Part shown: positions 8,878 to 17,000 of the stretch, in pieces
Numbering within the stretch: the first letter of the stretch is position 1
How the letters are laid out: every line of letters starts with the position of its first letter
Assembly: GCA_020446775.1 (NCBI GenBank)
Contig: JAGREB010000035.1
Coordinates: forward strand, 1 to 57,720
From: Paracoccaceae bacterium
GTDB lineage: Bacteria; Pseudomonadota; Alphaproteobacteria; Rhodospirillales; Rhodospirillaceae
Direction: 5' to 3'
DNA: 57,720 nt
The notes under the pieces: generated by a model
Told to the model about the DNA's origin: nothing
Seen by the model: only the letters and a program-made list of their open reading frames with translations
Database searches by the model: none
Made by a program: the position numbers and the translations under genes

Positions 8878-10971
8878 TTAGGCGCTGAATCGCCACTTGT
8901 AAGGAGGCGAATTTAACGTGCTCATTATGCCTGTCGCCCACGAAATGCGCTCCGACACATCGACATCAGTCAATCGCGCAATATAGGTCAGTGCGCCGCG
9001 CGTATAGGAAAGATATGTAAGATCGGAGCTCACGGCCCAGGTATCAGGATCTGCATCGACAAACCCCTGCTTTTCGCGATTGAGCTCCCATGCTTCCGCC
9101 CAAGATTCAACCCACGGAGAATGGGTATCCGCGCGAATATGTAATATATAGGGTGTTGAATAGGCCCTGTTCCAATCGCCGTCCCGGTCTGTCCGCGACA
9201 AAGTCGAACCGGCAAACCATTCAAAACTTCGCCTCCATTCCACAAATCCCATATCTAAGAGCCAGCCCGTAATCGCAACCAAGAATTCGTTTTGCCATGG
9301 CCGAAATTCGGTATCGGGAATCGAGCTCGTTACACGAAAAACTGAGCGTTCGGGAGAGAGCGCATCGATATAAACGTCTTCAAGATGATGGCGGTAAACT
9401 TCAAGCATGTCCGCCCAGTAGCTTCGCGGCATCAACCAAACTGGAGTGACATCCGGTGTTATGCGCGCACATTGAGCCATCGTTCGAACCGACCATGCAT
9501 ACTGGCGCGGCTGGCTGATTGATGGGCGATACGTTGGCGGAAGCTCACCATGATTCCACGTTGCCTGAAATTGTAGCGCTTCAAGAAAAAACGGGTCGCC
9601 TGTCAACAGATATGGCAGGTATGCCAGCGCCGGTTGATGTGCTGAATCGAGTGTAACGGGCGTATCGGGTGCCGTTGCCTTGATCCAGGGGGATCCCGTT
9701 CGGGAATCATAGTACCAAGTGGCCGTCGGATACGTCCGAAAATCGAATGGTGAGCTCGTTGTTTCGTCGCGTATATGCCAGGGCATCGTGGCACTCGCTT
9801 CAGCTTGAGCCATTAGCTTATTCAACGCAGACACGGATCCCGTACATATATATTCTGCCTGCGGATCGGTTACCGGTCCGATTTCGGGCCGTTCACCTGT
9901 GCCCGGCATGTAAGGATACAAACCGGCAAGTCCCATGATTTGATATTCGGAAATATCCGGCGAAATTCCGAGCGATTCATTTTTCTGCTCGCGAACCGCA
10001 GGGGCGCGGGTATTTGGACTTGGATCGGCGGCTCGTTTTGCCGACGCGACCCTTGCAAGTAACGCAGGTATTGCAATTGGCACGTTGTAGCGCTGCAGGA
10101 TCAGATTCACATCTGAAGAACTAAGCGATCCACCCGATAGGCCTTTCGTCAGCAACGAAATGATGCGTGCACTGTCTACGACCGCGTTATCACCGCCAGT
10201 TGCCGGCGGCGGGCTAACAATTGGAGGAGGAGGCGACACCACAACCGGCGGGGGCGGAGGTGGCGACACCACAATGGGCGGAGGAGGAGGTGGTGGTGAT
10301 ACCGGCGGAGGCGATACCGGCGGTGGAGGTGGCGGCGATACGGGCGGAGGAGGAGATGGTGGTGGCGATACTGGCGGTGGAGGTGGCGGCGATACCGGCG
10401 GTGGCGACGTCGCGCTGCTTGATTGATATGCATTCACGTCGTACGGAGGCAACAGCCCGGCGTCAATAAGGTCTCCGGTCGCTGTAACGATCGGTCGTTG
10501 ACTTGATTGCCAGCGCCACCTTGAAAACCAATAGTGTACTGGTATTTCAAGCGTAGCGAGTGTGCTTCCGTTATCGCGGATCGTCACTGAATAGGCACCG
10601 AGATTTTCCGGGTTCAGATTCAGGAAATTCCCGAGCTCAAATACTACCTCTTGGCGGGTATCGTCGCGATCAGGGCGAAAGTAGACCTTCAAGGGGATAC
10701 CCTGGACGTCTACTTTGATACATCTTTGAGTGAAGCCGCCGATCTCTGACACAAAATCACCGAGATCTTCCCCATCAATTTGGCGGGCGGTGAATGTTTC
10801 TCCGTCCAATGTGATCTCGACGGTTAAGGGGCCGAACGTTTGGCCGTGCGCCGGGGACGCGGAAAGTGCGCCCGTCACGGTTGCGGCCGCGCCGCCGGCT
10901 TCGAGGAGCAGGCGGCGTGAAATTGATAAAGGCTTGCCTTGGTACCGCGCCTTGGTCATCCGCGCCTGCAC
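8878..10971 (-). CDS. secreted protein of unknown family (paralog B) with poly-proline linker, probable Tat signal
   Basis: A 697-aa ORF. The N-terminus ...SISRRLLLEAGGAAATVTGALSASPAHG resembles a Tat signal. It has the same two conserved domains as 6972..8744, joined by a stretch of about 68 aa made of S/V/I/P only. Confidence 0.85.
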   Translation of the reverse strand: MQARMTKARYQGKPLSISRRLLLEAGGAAATVTGALSASPAHGQTFGPLTVEITLDGETFTARQIDGEDLGDFVSEIGGFTQRCIKVDVQGIPLKVYFRPDRDDTRQEVVFELGNFLNLNPENLGAYSVTIRDNGSTLATLEIPVHYWFSRWRWQSSQRPIVTATGDLIDAGLLPPYDVNAYQSSSATSPPPVSPPPPPPVSPPPSPPPPVSPPPPPPVSPPPVSPPPPPPPIVVSPPPPPPVVVSPPPPIVSPPPATGGDNAVVDSARIISLLTKGLSGGSLSSSDVNLILQRYNVPIAIPALLARVASAKRAADPSPNTRAPAVREQKNESLGISPDISEYQIMGLAGLYPYMPGTGERPEIGPVTDPQAEYICTGSVSALNKLMAQAEASATMPWHIRDETTSSPFDFRTYPTATWYYDSRTGSPWIKATAPDTPVTLDSAHQPALAYLPYLLTGDPFFLEALQFQATWNHGELPPTYRPSISQPRQYAWSVRTMAQCARITPDVTPVWLMPRSYWADMLEVYRHHLEDVYIDALSPERSVFRVTSSIPDTEFRPWQNEFLVAITGWLLDMGFVEWRRSFEWFAGSTLSRTDRDGDWNRAYSTPYILHIRADTHSPWVESWAEAWELNREKQGFVDADPDTWAVSSDLTYLSYTRGALTYIARLTDVDVSERISWATGIMSTLNSPPYKWRFSA
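10204..10407 (-). repeat. degenerate GC-rich tandem repeats encoding a (V/I)SP(3-7) poly-proline linker inside the CDS 8878..10971
   Basis: The plus strand reads ggcggtggaggtggcggcgataccggc-like units repeated with variation. They translate on the minus strand to SPPPVSPPPPPPVSPPPSPPPPVSPPPPPPVSPPPVSPPPPPPPIVVSPPPPPPVVVSPPPPIVSPPP (residues 189-256). Confidence 0.9.
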
Positions 10972-11219
10972 GCCTTATTTCTATGCATTATAAATAACAT
11001 CCGGAGATACTCGCGCTTTAGGCGAAATTATAAGTTATTTAATCAACAATCACACGTGAGTCCACTCAAAGATTGGTTCAAATCACGCACCTAGTTTGGT
11101 GTCCGAATGAGCGGGGAATGGCGACTTTGTGTCGGTGTACAAACGTTGCCTCGTCGAAAATTGCCGCAATATGGGCAAACACAGTTCGGCACAGAAGTCG
11201 GGTTCCGTTCAGAACCGCT

Positions 11220-12704
11220 TCAATCCCTTTCCACGGCCAATATCTTCAATCGGGCGATAAGGATTGATTCGGGTCCGCCCGGACGCCCGACTGCGAGCCA
11301 CAAAATCGCAAGGCTTACGATATATGTTGTCGCTCCAAGCAAGATATCGCAGATCAATGAAATCGCCGGGACTCCGGTTAATGCTCCATGGCATCGCCCC
11401 AATACAAAGATCATAACGATTGAGGCGATCATGGGTCGCCAAATCAACCGAAGCCCCCTGGTTGGACTCACATCAAGGCGGATCAGCAAGTATGCCACCA
11501 TGAATACGGTGAAAATAAACGCGATTACGAACCGCACTTCCGCGATAAATTTTGGACTCAAGAACGACCCGACAATAAACGCACCGACCAATAGTGTGGT
11601 TGCATGCGCAAAGTGAATCAGAGACGCATCCTTTTCGCGATGCAAGGTGGTGTACATATCTTGCATGACGAATATGAGACCCATGCATGCTCCCGCGAGC
11701 GCGAGCCACGCAAACGTATCTACACCATCTACCCATTTTGACCCGAGCAAAACCAATACGAGATCGCTTGATATGCAATAAAGTCCCGTACCGATTGCAA
11801 ATACGGCTAGAAATGCCAAACCGAGGACTTCGAGGAATACGTTTTGTAATTCGGCCTTCGAACTCTTGAATCTTGCATACCCCGGCAAAAGGGCGCGGTT
11901 GAGGGGCTCGAATATTTCTTGAATCGGCATAAATGAAACTGTCGAGATGACCGAATAAATTCCCAACGCATCGGCCGCCCCCAACCTTCCCATGGCGATC
12001 GCGTCGCCTCGCTGGGCCCCAAACAAGCTGCCATTGGTCAACATCATCCAGCGTGAAAACGACCACAATTTCTTAACGTATCGGGACGAAAACCGGGGGC
12101 GGTAGTCACTCATCGTGTAACTCAAGATCACCGCCACCAACGACGTGGCCGGGCCGGCGATCGCCAATGCATGATAATCGCGAAATATCAGCGCAAGGGT
12201 GATCGTCAAGATCACGCCCAAACCTTTGCGGTACGTCCAATACTTGAATTCACGGTTGAATTGCATGTCCTTGCGGAATTTCACGACACCGATGTTTTCG
12301 AACCCCAAAATAACGGGTTGCAGGGCGATTATCGCGAGGACGTTGATGACACGATCGTCTTGAAAATACGAAGCGACGGCGGGCATCATGACCAGCGTAA
12401 CCACTGCCAATCCTGCACCAATAAGAATTTGTATTGTCCAGGCCGAATTGTAGAAGTCGCGGTCCGGATTGGTTTCTCGTAGGATTGCCTGATCGACACT
12501 GAAATCGACGACGTTGGTAATAAAAGTTACAAACAAGTAGGCCATTGCCATCAAGCCGAAGTCTTCCGGATCGAGCAGCCGGACGAGAACGAGAGTGCTG
12601 ATCAGGCCGAGCGAACGCATGAACCAGCGCATAATCACCATCCACAGTGCGCCTTTGGCCATCTGATTGCGTAGAAGATCAAAACCGGGTTTGCTATTGG
12701 TCAT
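11220..12704 (-). CDS. oligosaccharide/polysaccharide flippase (Wzx, MOP superfamily)
   Basis: A 494-aa polytopic ORF. The N-terminus ...KGALWMVIMRWFMRSLGLISTLVLVRLLDPEDFGL is typical of the Polysacc_synt family. Confidence 0.85.
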   Translation of the reverse strand: MTNSKPGFDLLRNQMAKGALWMVIMRWFMRSLGLISTLVLVRLLDPEDFGLMAMAYLFVTFITNVVDFSVDQAILRETNPDRDFYNSAWTIQILIGAGLAVVTLVMMPAVASYFQDDRVINVLAIIALQPVILGFENIGVVKFRKDMQFNREFKYWTYRKGLGVILTITLALIFRDYHALAIAGPATSLVAVILSYTMSDYRPRFSSRYVKKLWSFSRWMMLTNGSLFGAQRGDAIAMGRLGAADALGIYSVISTVSFMPIQEIFEPLNRALLPGYARFKSSKAELQNVFLEVLGLAFLAVFAIGTGLYCISSDLVLVLLGSKWVDGVDTFAWLALAGACMGLIFVMQDMYTTLHREKDASLIHFAHATTLLVGAFIVGSFLSPKFIAEVRFVIAFIFTVFMVAYLLIRLDVSPTRGLRLIWRPMIASIVMIFVLGRCHGALTGVPAISLICDILLGATTYIVSLAILWLAVGRPGGPESILIARLKILAVERD

Positions 12705-12912
12705 TGAGTACGGCCATTGGCACCAATTCGATCGGGCTTTCAGAAAAGTTATGCGGGCTCGCGTACGCCATTAACATCAAACGCGCAAAGCATCAAAATA
12801 CTCATTGAATTCTAGTTCGTTTAAGCGTTATGCAAAGCGCTTTGAAAATAAATGTTGGTTCCATTCCGGTTGTAAGAAGCCTCTTACGCCGTGTTCGATT
12901 GATGGGTCGAGG

Positions 12913-14100
12913 ATGATAAAGCTCTTAACTTTCTCGACGCTCTTTCCAAACGTTGCTCAACCGGCGCATGGAAAATTCGTCGAAAATAGACTGCGTCATT
13001 TACTAGCGTCGGGAGAAGTTTCCGCACGAGTCATTGCACCAGTGCCATGGCTTCCATTTCGGCACAAAATAATGGGGCACCACCCAAATTACAGCACCGT
13101 TCCGCAGCTTGAACAGCGTGCGGGCATCGAGATTTTGCATCCGCGTTACGTAGTTATTCCGAAAATTGGCATGAGCGTAGCTCCGACTCTGTTGGCTGCG
13201 GCCGCCAAAAACACGATCAAACAGGTCATCAACGATGGTTTTGACTTCGATGTCTTGGATGCTCATTATTTCTACCCGGATGGCGTTGCGGCTGCCATGT
13301 TGGCTGACTGGCTTGGAAAACCCGTCGTAATTACCGGTCGAGGAACTGACCTCAATTTGATCCCTAAATACAAATTGCCCCGCCGACAAATTCGATGGGC
13401 CGCCGCCCAAGCCCAGGGCTTGATAACGGTTTGCCAAGCCTTGAAGAATTCGCTGGTTGAATTGGGGGTCCCTCAAGACCGCGTCACCGTGTTACGCAAT
13501 GGCGTAGATCTTGAGCTTTTCAAGCCAATCGATCGCCAAGCCGCCCGCGCTAAATGGCGCGCCTCAGGGCTGACTCTCATATCGGTCGGATTATTGATTG
13601 ACCGCAAAGGGCATCACCATGTGATCCGAGCGTTACAAGAACTACCTGAATTTAATCTACTGATTGCCGGAGATGGACCCGATCGCGAAAAGCTCGAAGC
13701 ATTGGCTGCCCAAATTGGCGTTTCGGAACGGGTTAGATTTCTCGGAAACCTGATGCAACCGGAGTTGCGGGAATTATATGAAGCTGCCGACGCGCTCGTG
13801 TTAGCGTCAAGCCGCGAAGGTTGGGCGAACGTCCTGCTTGAAGCGATGGCCTGTGGAACACCGGTCATTGCCAGCAATATCTGGGGGACTCCAGAAGTCG
13901 TTGCGGATCCAGCGGCCGGCGTGTTGATGCCACACCTCAACCCTGCGGGCGTGGTCGCCGGAGTTCGCACATTATTCGCGGCGGCACCAAATCGCGTGGC
14001 GACGCGATCTTACGCCGAACGGTTCAGTTGGGACGATACAACGCGCGGGCAACTAGCGCTCTTCAACGGTATTCTTGGGAAGTCGGCTGGCGGAAAATGA
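12913..14100 (+). CDS. glycosyltransferase family 4 (GT-B)
   Basis: MIKLLTFSTLFPN... start at 12913 (the ORF track starts at 12805). The C-terminal half LLIAGDGPDREKLE...VLASSREGWANVLLEAMACGTPVIAS is the GT4 E-x7-E region. Confidence 0.85.
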   Translation: MIKLLTFSTLFPNVAQPAHGKFVENRLRHLLASGEVSARVIAPVPWLPFRHKIMGHHPNYSTVPQLEQRAGIEILHPRYVVIPKIGMSVAPTLLAAAAKNTIKQVINDGFDFDVLDAHYFYPDGVAAAMLADWLGKPVVITGRGTDLNLIPKYKLPRRQIRWAAAQAQGLITVCQALKNSLVELGVPQDRVTVLRNGVDLELFKPIDRQAARAKWRASGLTLISVGLLIDRKGHHHVIRALQELPEFNLLIAGDGPDREKLEALAAQIGVSERVRFLGNLMQPELRELYEAADALVLASSREGWANVLLEAMACGTPVIASNIWGTPEVVADPAAGVLMPHLNPAGVVAGVRTLFAAAPNRVATRSYAERFSWDDTTRGQLALFNGILGKSAGGK

Positions 14101-14132
14101 GGCCGATAATCAATTTTTCGTCGCGCGCGGCC

Positions 14133-15326
14133 TTAGGGTAAGCACGCATCAACTGCCGCAAGTTGGCCCGGCCACGAATACCGTTCAACCAGCAACTGAC
14201 GTGCAACGGGCCCCATCCGACGCGCGATGTCCGGAGAAATTGCGTTGATAACATGCTCGGCAAATTCCGCCGCCGTTTCACCGACAAGGACATGTTTGCC
14301 GGGTTCGGCTTCAATCCCTTCCAAACCTTGCGGGGTCGTCACGACTGGTTTGCCCATCGCCATGCCCTCAAGCACTTTGTTCTGAATTCCGCGCGCGAGG
14401 CGGAGCGGAGCAACGACGACTTTTGCGTGATGGATGTACGGCCTCACATCGTCGACCCTCCCCGTCACCATAATACCGGGACGCTTTGCAAGTGCGGTCA
14501 CAGCCGCCGCGGGCTTGGCGCCGACAATGGCGAACATCGCGTTCGGAACGGATTTGCGTACGTAAGGGAATATCTCGTCCGCGAACCACATCACCGCGTC
14601 TACATTCGGACGGTAATCCATTGTACCGGTAAACACGAGCACCGGACCGGCATCAGAATAAGGTGATGGATACGCGCGATCCGGGGAAAAGAATTCGCAA
14701 TCAATTCCATTGCTGACAGCGCGGCACATTTCCGCGGACTCAGGGGCGAGAGTTCGGAATAACTGTGTCTCCGCTTCCGAAACAAATAGGGATGCTGTTG
14801 CCTGACGTGCCAGTCTTCGATCGAATTCAAGTAACGTGCGGGCTTCGCGGCGATAGAGCCACGATAGCGGCCACGGCGCGTCCGCCGCGTACTGCATCCA
14901 TTTATCTGAATCCACATCGACAAAATCCATGATCACGGGGCAGGAAACGGTCTCAAAATTTACGTACTGCGCCATTGCCGACGAATAGACAAAGATCGCG
15001 GATGGTTTAACCGCGTTATGCGTTTTGCGCGTCCAGGATTTCATCTCGGAATTCGCGAAGGCCCGTACCGACAACGGTTCACCGGAAAGCAGAGCCGTGA
15101 CAGACATAAGACGGCTGATCTTGGCGTTCAAACGTATGCAAGCAAGGGATTCGACCATACTTGCCAATGTTTTGGCGTGTTGCATATCCTCGACGTCGTC
15201 GACGAAGCAACCGAGATGAACGGCAAATCGCCGGGAAAGGTATTTGAGAATCTGGTAGGCGCGGATTTTTTCGCCCTTATTGGGGGGATAAGGTATTCGG
15301 TGGCAAAGAAAAACAAGATCGGGCAT
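14133..15326 (-). CDS. sugar transferase, PEP-CTERM/EpsH1 system-associated type (GT4-like, TIGR03087-like)
   Basis: The N-terminus MPDLVFLCHRIPYPPNKGEKIRAYQILKYLS matches the signature start of the exosortase-locus glycosyltransferase family. C-terminal motif: GIQNKVLEGMAMGKPVV. Confidence 0.85.
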   Translation of the reverse strand: MPDLVFLCHRIPYPPNKGEKIRAYQILKYLSRRFAVHLGCFVDDVEDMQHAKTLASMVESLACIRLNAKISRLMSVTALLSGEPLSVRAFANSEMKSWTRKTHNAVKPSAIFVYSSAMAQYVNFETVSCPVIMDFVDVDSDKWMQYAADAPWPLSWLYRREARTLLEFDRRLARQATASLFVSEAETQLFRTLAPESAEMCRAVSNGIDCEFFSPDRAYPSPYSDAGPVLVFTGTMDYRPNVDAVMWFADEIFPYVRKSVPNAMFAIVGAKPAAAVTALAKRPGIMVTGRVDDVRPYIHHAKVVVAPLRLARGIQNKVLEGMAMGKPVVTTPQGLEGIEAEPGKHVLVGETAAEFAEHVINAISPDIARRMGPVARQLLVERYSWPGQLAAVDACLP

Positions 15327-15433
15327 AACCTGATCGTCAGGTTGGGGCGATGGTGCGGCTGGTTAATTTGGGCATCGCATCATTTTGGATCGAAGGCAAG
15401 CCTTGTGAGGGCAGCAAATTGGGGGAAGCGGGC

Positions 15434-16981
15434 GTGCGCAACTTGACCACTGATATCGGTTCGCAATCCAAATCCGACGCCGGTGTCGGATGGACGACGA
15501 TTCTGCTGATCGGTGCAGTTGCGATATCGGCCCTTATCGTGATTTTTTGGCCGACAGTCGATAGCGCAATCTATCAATGGAACACGTCCTCCGCCTATAA
15601 CTATGGATATCTGATCGCCCCCATCTCGGCATATATGATTTGGAGCGAGCGCTCGGCCCTGACGGTGTGGCGCCCGTCGCCGACTTGGCTGGGCGCTGTG
15701 GTCTCGGCCGCATTCTCCGGTGCGTGGTTGCTCGCCGACATCTTGGGTGTCGATGAAGGACGACAAATCGCATTCATCGGTATTGCGCAGGGGTTATTCC
15801 TTGCGATGCTCGGATGGCGCCTCTATCGCCGGATTGCTTTTCCACTGGTTTATCTTTGGCTAATGGTCCCGACGGGAGAATTTCTTCACCCGTACCTCCA
15901 GGATATGTCTCACGCCGCGGCGACCAAAATGCTGGAATGGAGCGGCGTTCCCGTATTCGGTGAAGGAATCTTGATTCAGGTTCCGACAGGAAATTTTTTG
16001 GTTGAACCGGGTTGTTCGGGTTTGAATTTCCTGCTCGCTTCTATTGCGCTCGCACTGCTGTACGGAAAGCTAACCTATCGCAAGTGGTCGACTCGTTTGA
16101 TTGCCCTCGGCAGCGCAATCGCCGTCTCGATACTGGCCAACTTTGCGCGGGTCTACTTGATCGTTGCGATTACGGAATTTTCCAATCGCAAGCTCGATAT
16201 TACCGACGATCACTTGTTTTACGGTTGGGTATTTTTTGGCGTTGTGATGATGGCAATGATGTGGTTCGGGATGAAGTTCAAGGACACGCCGGATCAACAT
16301 CCTGGGCATGAGGCGGAATCTCCTGCGAACCGCGTATTACCTTCGACCGGGCCGTTAATCGGCTTGGCTCTTGCGAGCATCGCCGTTGCGGCGACTGCGC
16401 CTGTGCTCGCCGGCTTGACGACAGGCGGAGACAACGCGGAGATGGTCGCCTTGGCAGCGCCTCCTGCAATCGGCGAATGGACGCTCGCGGAATCGCAACG
16501 CGATTGGAGTCCAAGTGTCGTGACGGGCGACGCCTCATTGTTGGCGAGATATCGTAAGGCCGGAATCGCGGTTGATTTATCCATTACCTATTATTCGGCG
16601 CAGGTCGACGGCCGAGAAGCTGCCGCGGCGGAGAATGGAGCCGAAGAAGTCGGCCGTTGGCAAACGACATCCAGTGCCACGACAGAAATAGAGATTGATG
16701 GCCGCACGGTCGTAGTCCGCGAGATAGATATCAAAAGCACCAATGCACAACGCCGGTCTTTCGCGTGGTACTATAGTTCCGGCTGCACGACCGCCGGCCG
16801 CTTGAAAGCGAAAATCTGCGCCGCGCGAGATCGGCTGTTGGGCTCGCCGTCGCCGGGGGCGTTTGTAGTGGCGTCGACGCTGCAAGCGGCCGATGGTCAG
16901 GGTCTCGCGGCGCTCCGTGACTTTTCCGCACAACTACGTGTTGAGCAGATTTTGCCGCGCAGCAACCTCGAACGTAACTGA
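15434..16981 (+). CDS. xrtA: exosortase (XrtA-like) fused to a C-terminal EpsI-family domain
   Basis: Exosortase catalytic-type motifs are present: EPGCSGLNFL (Cys), ANFARVYL (Arg) and DDHLFYGWVFF (His), within about 8 TM segments. The last ~210 aa (from about nt 16337) resemble EpsI (..GEWTL..WSPSV..ARYRKAGIAVDLSITYYSAQVDGRE..). The ORF track starts at 15350. GTG at 15434 follows a GGGGGAAG Shine-Dalgarno-like run. Confidence 0.85.
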   Translation: MRNLTTDIGSQSKSDAGVGWTTILLIGAVAISALIVIFWPTVDSAIYQWNTSSAYNYGYLIAPISAYMIWSERSALTVWRPSPTWLGAVVSAAFSGAWLLADILGVDEGRQIAFIGIAQGLFLAMLGWRLYRRIAFPLVYLWLMVPTGEFLHPYLQDMSHAAATKMLEWSGVPVFGEGILIQVPTGNFLVEPGCSGLNFLLASIALALLYGKLTYRKWSTRLIALGSAIAVSILANFARVYLIVAITEFSNRKLDITDDHLFYGWVFFGVVMMAMMWFGMKFKDTPDQHPGHEAESPANRVLPSTGPLIGLALASIAVAATAPVLAGLTTGGDNAEMVALAAPPAIGEWTLAESQRDWSPSVVTGDASLLARYRKAGIAVDLSITYYSAQVDGREAAAAENGAEEVGRWQTTSSATTEIEIDGRTVVVREIDIKSTNAQRRSFAWYYSSGCTTAGRLKAKICAARDRLLGSPSPGAFVVASTLQAADGQGLAALRDFSAQLRVEQILPRSNLERN

Positions 16982-17000
16982 AAGTCGGACTTCCTTTTTC

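Noticed and set aside
10160-10469. Plus-strand Gly-rich ORFs (for example 10160-10426, GGGGDTGGG repeats), a minus-strand alternative-frame ORF (10176-10433) and the repeat array itself, considered as a possible CRISPR or non-coding repeat.
   Set aside because: These ORFs are the complement or alternative frames of the poly-proline coding repeat inside a long, well-supported CDS. The repeats have no spacer architecture, so this is not a CRISPR array.
12718-12733. A sigma54-like TGGCAC element (TGGCACCAATTCGAT) in the flippase/GT4 spacer. Other TGGCAC hits occur at about 750, 3694 and 20843, and on the opposite strand at about 6951 and 26785.
   Set aside because: None has a properly spaced TTGC -12 element. 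Most lie inside coding regions or point away from any gene.
16893-17000. 5' extensions of ORF-track calls: asnB 16893, cysNC 30047, cysD 31119, modC 37987, GT4 12805 and 31182, VOC 44819, the 54912 ORF, MoaD-like 54344 and BNR 54034.
   Set aside because: The extensions overlap upstream genes or intergenic DNA and add non-homologous, often Arg/Cys-rich residues. Internal starts restore canonical N-termini (for example Met-Cys for the Ntn amidotransferase) and give typical stop/start coupling.
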